A stretch of DNA of 64,000 nucleotides from Candidatus Woesearchaeota archaeon (lineage in GTDB: Archaea > Nanobdellota > Nanobdellia > Woesearchaeales > DSVV01): the NCBI GenBank assembly GCA_016192995.1, contig JACPTB010000001.1, positions 65,110 through 129,109 of the forward strand. The letters run 5' to 3'. Below are positions 55,863-64,000 of the stretch, piece by piece. Position numbers and translations under genes: made by a program. The stretch's first letter is position 1. Every line of letters begins with the position of its first letter. The notes under the pieces were generated by a model. That model was not told the origin of the DNA and ran no database searches. It worked only from the letters and a program-made list of their open reading frames with translations.

Positions 55863-56069
55863 GGCTCTAATGAAAATCTCGGCATAGCCTCGGTTTTATT
55901 AAAAATCACTATTTTTAATCCCTGAGATCCTTCGGATTCAGGTGACATCAGTTCGGCTTGTTAAGAGTATATCTTATTGGATTTTTCTCTCTGGAACTCC
56001 GAAAAATCCCCACACTTAAACGTGAAGAGCCTCACAAAAAGATGCCAAAACTACATTTTCATTAGAGCC
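55863..56069. mobile_element. MITE, family 2
   Basis: TIR GGCTCTAATGAAAAT / ATTTTCATTAGAGCC. Nearly identical internally to 14116-14323. No TSD found. Confidence 0.75.
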
Positions 56070-56079
56070 TTAGTTAGAA

Positions 56080-57066
56080 CTATCTCTTCAATCTCTCTTT
56101 CAATTCTTTAATCAAGATTGCTTCTCGCGGTTCTACTTTTTCTTCTAAGGCAAGATAATAACTTGCTAAACTTCCAATGAGGAATGCTGTACACAATCTT
56201 GTCAGCTCATTTGAACCAGTAACTAATATTTCTGTTGTTGCAAAACCTCTGCTTTTAACTAATTGTTTCATTACTTCAAACCGTTTTTTCATCACAGCAG
56301 TTTCTTCTGCGTCTTTGAGGAAAATAACATGGTAGTCTGATGCCTTTTTTCTGAAACCCATGAGTTCATTATGGCAAACTTCAGGCATTAATCCTGCAAA
56401 TGCATGAACTTCACTATTTTCATTGAAGTCACATTTCCAACGGTATGCAACTGAATAAAGATGATCTGATGCATAGATCAACGGCGTTTTATCGCGCAAG
56501 CTTAATCCTAAGTCATAAGCAACTTCATGAATTTTAGGGCTTTTTAATGCTGCTATTGTTTCTTTGATAAAGTCAACTTGTGACGGAATAAGTTTAGAAT
56601 TTTCAAGAATACGAAGCATCATGAAAAACATTGTTGGGGAAGAATAGCGAGGCTCTGGAAACAAAGGCATAATAAAATAATGATTGTCATTAAGCTTGAA
56701 AATATCCTTTAATTTGCCGCCAGTAAATAACCCAATGCATTTAGCTCTTCTCTTTGATGCTTCTTTGTATGCTGCAACAGTTTCTTCAGTATTGCCTGAA
56801 TAACTGCAAACAAAAACCAAGGTTCTTTTATCTACATACAGGGGAATAGTATAATCATTAACAACATCAACACGTAGTTTAGTATTTCTCAAATAAGTTT
56901 TAAGAATTCTTCCTGCAATCCCGCTGCCACCCATCCCTATAATCAAAACGGTATCAACTGCATCAGGAATTGCATAGCCGCCAATAATTTCTACTGCTTT
57001 TACAATATGCACAGGCATGTCGAGAATAACCTGTTTAATCGGATCAATAGTTTCGGTTTCTGGCAT
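56080..57066 (-). CDS. SIS-domain bifunctional phosphoglucose/phosphomannose isomerase
   Basis: IIGMGGSGIAG and CSYSGNTEET SIS motifs. About 330 aa archaeal PGI/PMI layout. Confidence 0.6.
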   Translation of the reverse strand: MPETETIDPIKQVILDMPVHIVKAVEIIGGYAIPDAVDTVLIIGMGGSGIAGRILKTYLRNTKLRVDVVNDYTIPLYVDKRTLVFVCSYSGNTEETVAAYKEASKRRAKCIGLFTGGKLKDIFKLNDNHYFIMPLFPEPRYSSPTMFFMMLRILENSKLIPSQVDFIKETIAALKSPKIHEVAYDLGLSLRDKTPLIYASDHLYSVAYRWKCDFNENSEVHAFAGLMPEVCHNELMGFRKKASDYHVIFLKDAEETAVMKKRFEVMKQLVKSRGFATTEILVTGSNELTRLCTAFLIGSLASYYLALEEKVEPREAILIKELKERLKR

Positions 57067-57233
57067 AATTAATGTGAATTAACCTTACTATTTATAGTTA
57101 TTGGTTCTAAGTACGTAATAAGTATATTTATAAGGTAGTAATACCTAAGAGTAACCATATTGTCGGATTTACGGTTTAGAAGTGGAAATATTTATATTAA
57201 GAGATCAAACTCTTAAAAGAGGTGTGAATCAAA

Positions 57234-57479
57234 ATGGAAAATGCTATTGAAAGTACTCAAAAAGAGAAAACTATATTAGTTGAAATTGAATATGCTGAAG
57301 ATTTTCAAGAGTTTATACTTTTAAATAATGATGTTCTTGTAGATGAAGAGAATAAGAATATGATTATGAATGCAGAAAAGGAGGAACTTTTGCAAGTTGT
57401 TAAAGAGATTGGTTCAACACCAATAGTAATCAAATCAGTTCATAAATATGATGAAAACTTCTTGCTAAAGAATTTTTAA
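57234..57479 (+). CDS. small acidic hypothetical protein
   Basis: Its TAA stop is immediately followed by the ATG (57480) of the next ORF. Confidence 0.3.
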   Translation: MENAIESTQKEKTILVEIEYAEDFQEFILLNNDVLVDEENKNMIMNAEKEELLQVVKEIGSTPIVIKSVHKYDENFLLKNF

Positions 57480-57953
57480 ATGCCATCAGTGAAGTTCCGA
57501 TATAGAATACTTACAGATATACATTTTGTAAGGTGGTTAATCAATAAGGATAAGACTTGTTTTCTTAAACTAACACATATTAAAGCTTCTTCTGCAGATT
57601 GTAAGAAAGAACATAATGTAATTGTTGAAGAAGATGCACAAAAAATAATTGAAGAAAAAAATATCAAAGAATCAAATTTAAGGGCAGCGTTTAAAGGATT
57701 ATCGATACCGCATGAAATAACTAAAGTTCTACAAGATAAATACGACAGGATGATTCTATTTGCAATAGTTTTGGCTACAGATAAACCATATTTTACTTAT
57801 ATATTAACAACTAAGGATCACATTAGTAAGTATAATGGATCGTTACATATTAAAAATGTAAAAAGTATTTCTGTAAAATCAGAAGAAGAAGCACTAAAAA
57901 TCATTGATATTCTTTGGCAAGAATTTTGTTTTATAAGGGAAACTAAAAGATAA
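57480..57953 (+). CDS. hypothetical protein
   Basis: 157-aa ORF coupled to the upstream small ORF. Confidence 0.35.
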   Translation: MPSVKFRYRILTDIHFVRWLINKDKTCFLKLTHIKASSADCKKEHNVIVEEDAQKIIEEKNIKESNLRAAFKGLSIPHEITKVLQDKYDRMILFAIVLATDKPYFTYILTTKDHISKYNGSLHIKNVKSISVKSEEEALKIIDILWQEFCFIRETKR

Positions 57954-58146
57954 ATTACTATTGTAACTTATATCGAAATTATACAAAACAACCAAACTCC
58001 CTCAACTTAACAACTACAGACTTACCAGAACTTATAACAGACAAAATTTATAAATTACCTTGAGGTTCTTGAATAGGGCAATGTGGGTAGTTGCTTACCT
58101 GAAGCCAACAGTACCTTGTACTGCATAAAAGAATGGAGGCAGAACT

Positions 58147-58725
58147 ATGGGATTATACCAGCATATTAGAAAAGTATGGAACAAGCCTAAAGAAAGCTTA
58201 GGTCCTTTATGGCAGGAAAGGCTTATTGCCTGGAGGCAAGAAAATTCTAGCACGAGAATTGAACGGCCTACAAGAATTGATCGCGCTCGATCACTTGGTT
58301 ATAAAGCTAAAGAAGGTGTTATTGTCGTGCGGCAGCGAGTTCCTCGAGGAGGACATTATCGCTCAAAACCTTCTGGCGGGCGAAGACCAAAACGTTTTGG
58401 AAGAAGAAAAGATCTTCATAAAAATTATCAATGGATTGCAGAAGAACGAGCAAATAAAAGATATGTTAACTGCGAAGTTCTCAATAGTTATTACGTCGCC
58501 CATGATGGTCAATATTATTGGTATGAAATTATCCTCGTAGATAAAAATCATCCAGCAATTAAGCGCGATCATGAATTATCATGGATCACTGAAGCGCAAC
58601 ATACAGGGCGAGTCTATCGAGGCTTGACCAGCGCTGCAAGAAAAAGCCGTGGCTTGAGAAACAAAGGTATTGGCGCAGAAAAGGCGCGACCAAGTTTGCG
58701 AGCGCATGATAGGAAAATGAGATAG
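58147..58725 (+). CDS. rpl15e: 50S ribosomal protein L15e
   Basis: MGLYQHIRKVWNKPKE ... highly conserved L15e sequence with an Arg/Lys-rich core. Confidence 0.9.
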   Translation: MGLYQHIRKVWNKPKESLGPLWQERLIAWRQENSSTRIERPTRIDRARSLGYKAKEGVIVVRQRVPRGGHYRSKPSGGRRPKRFGRRKDLHKNYQWIAEERANKRYVNCEVLNSYYVAHDGQYYWYEIILVDKNHPAIKRDHELSWITEAQHTGRVYRGLTSAARKSRGLRNKGIGAEKARPSLRAHDRKMR

Positions 58726-58729
58726 ATTC

Positions 58730-58749
58730 ATTTTTTTATTTTGTTTTTT
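58730..58749 (+). terminator. oligo-T terminator after rpl15e
   Basis: TTTTTTTATTTTGTTTTTT directly after the stop codon. Confidence 0.4.
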
Positions 58750-58776
58750 AAAATATAAAAAAGATAAAAAATAAAA

Positions 58777-59040
58777 TTACCAATTCACTTCATCTAATTC
58801 CTGCTCAAAATTATTGAAGTTTTCATCGCTTAACTCTTGTTCAAGAGTTTTCGCTTCATTCAACGTTGTTTCTGTTTCTTCAACATCTCCTGGTGCTTGT
58901 TGCACCACAGCTGTATCAGTACTTTCCTGAAGAGAATCAGGAGAGTTGGAAGCACTCTTTTCGTTGTTCAGATTTGTTGAACAACCAACAAAAGCAATAG
59001 ATACCAACAACAATCCGATAATGGTTAATACATATTTCAT
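58777..59040 (-). CDS. small secreted acidic protein (lipoprotein-like)
   Basis: Signal peptide with VGCST. Very acidic mature part. Confidence 0.35.
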   Translation of the reverse strand: MKYVLTIIGLLLVSIAFVGCSTNLNNEKSASNSPDSLQESTDTAVVQQAPGDVEETETTLNEAKTLEQELSDENFNNFEQELDEVNW

Positions 59041-59059
59041 TTGTCAACACCTCTCTCTT

Positions 59060-60478
59060 TTATTGGACTGTTACTGCAACATTTGTTTCTGCTTCTCCAG
59101 TAACTTTAGCACTTATATCAACTACTGCTTCTTCCACTTCTTCTTCAGATTCAGTGATTTCATACTCTTCTTTGTCCTGCAATGATCCTCGGCATTCGCC
59201 TAACAATCCAGGTTGATTGCTGTTAACAAACTTAATTCCTTGCTGCATAAACTTTGGTACATCGTGCATTGCTTCAAATGCCTTGCTCAGCTCTTTTTTA
59301 GCAGCATCTATACTTCTTTGAGCTTGTTCACCGTCTTCTGAAGATCTTGCCTTGTCAAAAAATTTCTGGGCTTGTTCATAATGCTCTTTAGCAGAAGCTT
59401 GTTTCTCAACTATTTGCTTAATAACTTGCATTAAATTTGCAGTGTCAACACTTGTTTCAAGCTTTTCTTCAGCGCATTCTAATGCTGCAACTGCTTTCTC
59501 TGAACTTTGAAATAATCCCTGAGCTGCTCCCTGTAATGAACGTTGAGCATGCACTTTTATTCTATGCTTAAAAAGCTTGTAAATATGTTTTAGTTCCTGC
59601 GCTTGCGCTCTTATTTCTTCTTTAGTTGTGGCAAGTCTTGCCTGTTCAATGATTTTATCCAATCTTTCGACTGCTGCTTCAAGCTCATCAACTGCTTTGT
59701 CATCATAATTATTTTCTTCTACTTTTTCAAGGATTTTTTCTAAATGTGCTTGCAGCCGTTCAGATGATTGTATGACAAATTCTTTTGCCTGTTCAAGAAT
59801 TTCTTCATCACTTGCGCCTTTTTCTTTAAGTTCAAGGAATTTCTTGCGCGCTTCTTCAGCATGCTGTTCTGCCCGCTCAAATTTCTTTTCAGCTTGTAGG
59901 TATCGCAGCCTTACTTTTTTCAAATCTTGAATTGCAAGCCTTTCCTTTACTTGGGCTTTTTTAAGCTTCATCTTATCAAGCCTTTCTCTGCATGCATCTT
60001 CGTTGTCTTTGCATGCTTGCATAAACACTTGTAAATCTGCTCTATCCATATGGGCTAGAACTTCAGCTTGATGTTCATTCATCTTTCCAAGAAAATCTGC
60101 TTTATGCTGTTGAACTGCATATTTCAGCTTTCTCTTTTGTTCATCTGATAGTTCTTCAAACCCTTTTTTCATAAACCAATCAGCTTTAGCTTCTTTAAAA
60201 TTATCTTTTAACTTTTCTTCATATTCTTTTCTCCTTTCTTTCATTTCTTTGATCTTTTCCCTTTGTTTTTCACCATAGGTATCTTTACCATTATTATCAT
60301 ATCCGATTTCAGCTTCAGCTGAAGCTTCTGCTTCAACATTTCCTGATACTTCTCCAGAAGAAGTGTCACTTCCTGTATTTTCATCTCCCGTACCTGACTC
60401 TGCAGCTACAAGAGGAACTACTCCTATCATATATAACAATACAACCAATACCACATAGATTCTTTTCATTTCGTACAT
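59060..60478 (-). CDS. secreted coiled-coil protein, unknown function
   Basis: Signal peptide, acidic Ser/Gly/Asp/Glu-rich stretch, then long Lys/Glu heptad coiled coil. Confidence 0.4.
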   Translation of the reverse strand: MYEMKRIYVVLVVLLYMIGVVPLVAAESGTGDENTGSDTSSGEVSGNVEAEASAEAEIGYDNNGKDTYGEKQREKIKEMKERRKEYEEKLKDNFKEAKADWFMKKGFEELSDEQKRKLKYAVQQHKADFLGKMNEHQAEVLAHMDRADLQVFMQACKDNEDACRERLDKMKLKKAQVKERLAIQDLKKVRLRYLQAEKKFERAEQHAEEARKKFLELKEKGASDEEILEQAKEFVIQSSERLQAHLEKILEKVEENNYDDKAVDELEAAVERLDKIIEQARLATTKEEIRAQAQELKHIYKLFKHRIKVHAQRSLQGAAQGLFQSSEKAVAALECAEEKLETSVDTANLMQVIKQIVEKQASAKEHYEQAQKFFDKARSSEDGEQAQRSIDAAKKELSKAFEAMHDVPKFMQQGIKFVNSNQPGLLGECRGSLQDKEEYEITESEEEVEEAVVDISAKVTGEAETNVAVTVQ

Positions 60479-60857
60479 CTTCTCATCCTCCTTAAAGAGC
60501 TTTCGCTAGTTGTTTAGGCACTTTGAAAAGCAAAGTATTTGACTCTGGGCTATCTTTAAAAAAAATAAAAGGTGTGGTGCTTTCACACCACACCACTGAG
60601 CATTAGCTCATGCAAAGATAGCCTAAACCTATCAGTTGTTTGCAACTGATATATGCTTAGTAGCGTGTCTTGTTTATAAATATTCTTTCAAAAAACTTAT
60701 ATTAAAGCTTTATAACAGGATATAAAGCTTTATAAAAGCTAAAATAAGCTTCTTTTTCTTTATTAAGATTTTTTTACTGGTTATTTAGCATAATAACTAG
60801 TTTAAAAAATCTTAATAAGTAACAACCTTTTTATACATAAACAACATTATTGTTAGT

Positions 60858-61733
60858 ATGAAGCATATTTTTATCTTGATCGTTGGCGTTATTCTTGTTA
60901 TGTTTTTAGCACCTCAAATATTTGGCGCTACTATTTCAGGAACGATATATGATTATTCTCTTAAAAAAGGAGATAATATTATCGTCACTATTGATTCAGT
61001 GCCGCCGCAGAAATACATCTCAAAAGAGGGAACCTATCATTTTACCATTGGATTTGGAGAATATCTCCTTGAAGCTAAACGCTATGAAGATAATGTATTG
61101 CGAGATGCAGCTTCGGAAAAGATTGTTATTGATAAAGAAGGAGATTACCTTGTAGATCTTATTTTATTTCCTTCATTTGAACAGGAACAAAAACTTATCC
61201 AGGACTTGCCTGAAAATTTTGATCCTTATGAAGAAAAGAAAACACCCTATAAAGTTATATTTGCTGTAGCAGCTTTTCTCTTGTTAATCATAATAATTTA
61301 TTATATTAAACATGCTGAAAAGGAAGTAACAGATGAACAAAAAGAAAAATTGCGTAATGGCAAAAAGAATAAGAAGAAAACAGGAAAAAAACAATCAAAA
61401 CCAGCAAAAGATGAAAAGAGTCAGGAGCAAAATCAAAAGCAAGAAACTCAACAAAAGGCATCTCTAGCCTTTTCAGCAGCGGCAGATACTAACCTTTCCC
61501 AGGGCGAACAACCATTATTCGAAACAACCCAAGGAGATAAATATTTTCAACAAATCACTGCACTACTCAAAGAACAGCAACGTGTTACTCAAAAAGAAAT
61601 TAGAAAGCAAATTCCTTTATCTGAAGCAAAGATTTCATTGATTATTACTGAAATGGAAACAAAGGGAATCGTGCAAAAGATTAAAAAAGGCAGAGGAAAT
61701 ATTATTGTTTGGAAGGGCAATCAGAATAATTAG
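60858..61733 (+). CDS. membrane-anchored protein with C-terminal winged-helix DNA-binding domain
   Basis: Signal/TM helix at N-terminus, extracellular beta domain, second TM (AVAAFLLLIIIIYYI), Lys-rich linker, C-terminal wHTH-like segment QKEIRKQIPLSEAKISLIITEMETKGIVQK. Confidence 0.45.
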   Translation: MKHIFILIVGVILVMFLAPQIFGATISGTIYDYSLKKGDNIIVTIDSVPPQKYISKEGTYHFTIGFGEYLLEAKRYEDNVLRDAASEKIVIDKEGDYLVDLILFPSFEQEQKLIQDLPENFDPYEEKKTPYKVIFAVAAFLLLIIIIYYIKHAEKEVTDEQKEKLRNGKKNKKKTGKKQSKPAKDEKSQEQNQKQETQQKASLAFSAAADTNLSQGEQPLFETTQGDKYFQQITALLKEQQRVTQKEIRKQIPLSEAKISLIITEMETKGIVQKIKKGRGNIIVWKGNQNN

Positions 61734-62000
61734 TTTTACTGTTTTAAAAGTATTTATAAATAAAATTGATATTTACGATAAGATGAAGTCCGAAACAAGA
61801 AAAAAGGTAAAAGAACTTGTAAAAGGTGTAATCCTTTCAAAAATTGATAATTATAGTGCTGAAACTGAATACAAACCATTTTTTCAGGCAATTTTCACAA
61901 AAGAGCAAATCTTAACTCACACTATTGTCCATTTATTCCTGAAAAAGATTTTCCACAATTATTAAAATTCGCTCAAGAAAAAGGAGTAATTCCCTAATAA

Positions 62001-62687
62001 TCATGCCTTTATCATATGAAATATAATCTCAGCATAAGGTTGTCTATCTCTTTCTGTTCTATTCAAAACAGGTCTTTTAAACTGCTCAACTATCTTTAAA
62101 CCACTTTTCTCTGCGATTCTTGGATAGAGATTATATTTATCATTAGCTACAATAAAGAAATCTCCATTATCTTTAATAAATTGACTTATGTTTATGAAAA
62201 CCTTACTTATGCCTTCAACATACTCATCTTTCGCTTTTTGTCCTTGACCTTTAAATAAAGGACTTATTTCTTTATTGTCTTTTCTTGAAATGCCAAATAA
62301 CTCGTAAGCGTAAGCATGTTGCTCATGGTAATCTATTTGACCAACATAAGGTGGAGAAGTAAAAATTCCATCTATTTTTTTATTTACTAAAAGCTTGTAA
62401 AAGTCAGGATTTTGCTTTTTGATTTCTCCAAAAATATCAGCTTCTCTTGAATCTCCATGAATAACACCTGTATATACTTTCTTCTTGATATTTGAAAAAT
62501 CCTTTAATCGTGCAATTGTATCAAACGTATATCTTCTCAAATGCCCGTTTATGGTATTTAGTGGAGTGCATATTTTTTTATGCTTTCTGCAGTAATATGG
62601 TCCTGTTTGTGGCTCTTTTAATGTTGCTAAATCTGAATGGGTTGTTGCCCTGCATGACCTCGCAGTTCTGCTTAATACTATTCTCAT
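62001..62687 (-). CDS. DNA methyltransferase, catalytic-motif IV half (SPPY), probably N4-C or N6-A
   Basis: GDSRE ... IDGIFTSPPY motif IV. In frame with, and separated by a single TAA from, the upstream ORF at 62763-63599. Confidence 0.55.
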   Translation of the reverse strand: MRIVLSRTARSCRATTHSDLATLKEPQTGPYYCRKHKKICTPLNTINGHLRRYTFDTIARLKDFSNIKKKVYTGVIHGDSREADIFGEIKKQNPDFYKLLVNKKIDGIFTSPPYVGQIDYHEQHAYAYELFGISRKDNKEISPLFKGQGQKAKDEYVEGISKVFINISQFIKDNGDFFIVANDKYNLYPRIAEKSGLKIVEQFKRPVLNRTERDRQPYAEIIFHMIKA

Positions 62688-62762
62688 AATATTCTTTATT
62701 TTCTCATCTTTTTCATTCTCAATTAATTTTAAGTAATAAAATAATTCTTGTTTAACTCTCTT

Positions 62763-63599
62763 TTAGAACCATTTTGACAAGAAACTATTCATCTTTTTTT
62801 CGTCAAGAAGTATTGTTTTATCTTTAGTTCCATTCTTTTCAAAAAACTCTTTATTTTCTTTAAGGAATTGCTTTAGTTTTTCGTCTCCGTATTTTTCTTC
62901 CTCAAGTTCTCCCTTAAACACTCTTCTTTTAAATTCTGGATTTGGGAAGAATCTTTTGTTAAACTCATTCAGTTTTTCTTTAAGTTCAAAGTCAAATGTA
63001 TCATCAAACACTTTATTACTAAAATTAATAGTTTGAGTTAAATTATTCTTTAAAGTATAGTTTAACTTGAAAATATCATATTCATCTAACTTAACTTTAG
63101 AAATCATACAGTTAAAATCTGAAATGTCAATACCTATGGAATGTAACCCTAATTCTGAGGATTGTACCAACGTTGTACCACTCCCCATAAATGGATCAAG
63201 AATGATGTTTCCAGATTTAAAGAAAATCTGTTTTTTGTAGTCATTTAAATGGGAATCTAAAAAGTACTCAACTAATTGAGGTATAAACTTTCCTTTATAG
63301 GGATGCAATCTATGAACGTGCTTAGTTGTGTCAGATTCTCTTAATTGAGAGAAAGATAATCCCCAGTTTAAATCATTTCCTAATTGACTTTTCCAAGATT
63401 CTTGTTTTTTTACTAAATGTTCATCATAATATTGCTTCAGTTCATCTAAATTAATTTTTATTTTCTTTTCTTCATCCAAATACTTTTTAATTTTTGCATA
63501 TTGAATAAGATAGCTTATATTTGAAGTAGTTACAGGTCTATCTAAATAATCGCTTGCCCATTGCGATGCTTGACCTAAAGATAAAAGTTCTTGGCTCAT
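62763..63599 (-). CDS. DNA methyltransferase, SAM-binding half (motif X/I: HPYKGKFIPQLVEYFL ... ILDPFMGSGTT)
   Basis: Classic DPFxGSGTT motif I with preceding motif X. Start ATG overlaps the stop of the upstream RHH ORF (ATGA). Confidence 0.55.
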   Translation of the reverse strand: MSQELLSLGQASQWASDYLDRPVTTSNISYLIQYAKIKKYLDEEKKIKINLDELKQYYDEHLVKKQESWKSQLGNDLNWGLSFSQLRESDTTKHVHRLHPYKGKFIPQLVEYFLDSHLNDYKKQIFFKSGNIILDPFMGSGTTLVQSSELGLHSIGIDISDFNCMISKVKLDEYDIFKLNYTLKNNLTQTINFSNKVFDDTFDFELKEKLNEFNKRFFPNPEFKRRVFKGELEEEKYGDEKLKQFLKENKEFFEKNGTKDKTILLDEKKMNSFLSKWF

Positions 63600-63736
63600 T
63601 TTTCCACTTTTTTTGTTTTTTCTTCCATGAATACTTCTATGCTTCTTGATAATGCCACTGCATTTTTCTTACAAAATTCTTTATATTTTTCGTAGGTATC
63701 TTCATCAAGACTTAATGTCACATTTCTTTGTCCCAT
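63596..63736 (-). CDS. ribbon-helix-helix (CopG-like) small protein, 46 aa
   Basis: Manually translated MGQRNVTLSLDEDTYEKYKEFCKKNAVALSRSIEVFMEEKTKKVEK. Beta-strand VTLSLD then two helices. Not in the ORF track (under 60 aa). Confidence 0.4.
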   Translation of the reverse strand: MGQRNVTLSLDEDTYEKYKEFCKKNAVALSRSIEVFMEEKTKKVEK

Positions 63737-63903
63737 AATCAACCCCTCAAATGAATACAAATGTATATAATTGAGTTACTATATAAAGTTTTCTGACTAT
63801 TTACCAATACTTGATTTTTCCCGGAAATCTTTCCAATTTTGTCGGAAATTTTGATGTTTTTTTAGCGATGGGTTTATTAAGGAGTTTTCAGGCTAAATAT
63901 CTT

Positions 63904-64000
63904 ATGAAATTGCTGAGAACTCTAACAAAATATAGTTTACTATTGATCGTTGGTGTTGTCTTACTATATTATTTTAGATATGAAATTACCGGTTACACTA
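63904..64000 (+). CDS. membrane protein, N-terminal fragment continuing beyond the window
   Basis: MKLLRTLTKYSLLLIVGVVLLYYFRYEITGYT. Preceded by the 21-nt motif copy at 63857-63877. Confidence 0.3.
   Translation, partial: MKLLRTLTKYSLLLIVGVVLLYYFRYEITGYT

Noticed and set aside
8675-56069. Possibility that the dispersed repeats are a CRISPR array or a family of structured sRNA genes
   Set aside because: Copies are dispersed, not arrayed with regular spacers. They have terminal inverted repeats and flanking 7-9 bp direct duplications. No cas genes are present, and no C/D or H/ACA box arrangement was seen.
57108-57120. Isolated GTACGTAATAAGT matching the family-1 MITE tip
   Set aside because: Only 13 nt with no partner TIR or core nearby. 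It is possibly a solo remnant but is too short to call.
60565-60598. GGTGTGGTG-CTTTCA-CACCACACC hairpin as a terminator
   Set aside because: It lies in a divergent promoter region with no gene ending toward it. It is not followed by a T-run on the relevant strand. It was kept only as an unexplained hairpin.
1-64000. rRNA genes, a CRISPR array, and autonomous IS elements with transposase ORFs
   Set aside because: No rRNA-like conserved segments were seen. No regularly spaced repeats were seen. No ORF with a DDE, HUH or serine-recombinase signature was seen. The MITEs therefore depend on a transposase encoded outside the window.

Overview
This 64 kb window is an AT-rich chromosomal segment from an archaeon, probably a small-genome DPANN-like lineage. 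Unusually for an archaeon, the window encodes a domain-fused RibD-type riboflavin deaminase/reductase and a bacterial-type triosephosphate isomerase.

Core information-processing genes dominate. The full rpoH-rpoB''-rpoB'-rpoA'-rpoA''-L30e-nusA-S12-S7 operon is present, with split B and A subunits. Also present are L1-L10(P0)-L12(P1), rpoE'-spt4-S24e-S27ae, S3Ae, L10e, L15e, Bud32, Pth2, NOG1 and Rad50. Metabolic genes include TIM, RibD, a cysteine desulfurase, an aspartate aminotransferase, an M29 aminopeptidase, CMP kinase, PGI/PMI and a frameshifted purB. There are four tRNAs: Thr on the minus strand at 14.5 kb, and Lys, Asp and Tyr near 50 kb. Lys, Asp and Tyr all carry introns. The Asp intron sits in the T-loop, which is non-canonical.

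The dominant non-genic signal is at least 16 copies of short non-autonomous inverted-repeat elements (MITEs, 150-340 bp) from at least five interrelated families:
- Family 1 has terminal repeat GTACGTAATAAGTCTGGGGTTTTAGCGCC.
- Family 2 has GGCTCTGGTGAAAAT.
- Family 3 has GGCT(C/T)(TGTCCCGAAT/GGTGAAAAT).
- Family 4 has GGCTTCATCCAAAAA.
- Family 5 has AGTGATATTGCGAAAA.
Most copies are flanked by verifiable 8-9 bp target-site duplications. Three copies are nested one inside another. Several sit exactly on stop codons or in promoters. Families 1 and 2 share a conserved about 31-nt internal hairpin core, GGATTTTTC-TCTCTGGCACTCCG-AAAAATCC. No transposase gene lies in the window.

Other accessory content:
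- A secreted cysteine-rich three-gene cluster at 226-4081, which includes an HExxH protein with a Myxococcus-type CGNG..CDDGN repeat.
- VapBC and AbrB/RelE toxin-antitoxin pairs.
- Two COG1373 AAA ATPases.
- A Bro-N/DinD-like protein.
- A ribbon-helix-helix gene translationally coupled to a DNA methyltransferase that is interrupted by a single in-frame TAA.
- An Spt4 lacking all zinc-ribbon cysteines.
- An unknown 547-aa gene occupying the slot normally held by EF-2/EF-1alpha after S7.
- A duplicated tRNA-Thr 3' end that looks like an integration footprint.

No rRNA and no CRISPR array were seen. All coordinates and translations come from reading the sequence and the supplied ORF track. No database search was possible.
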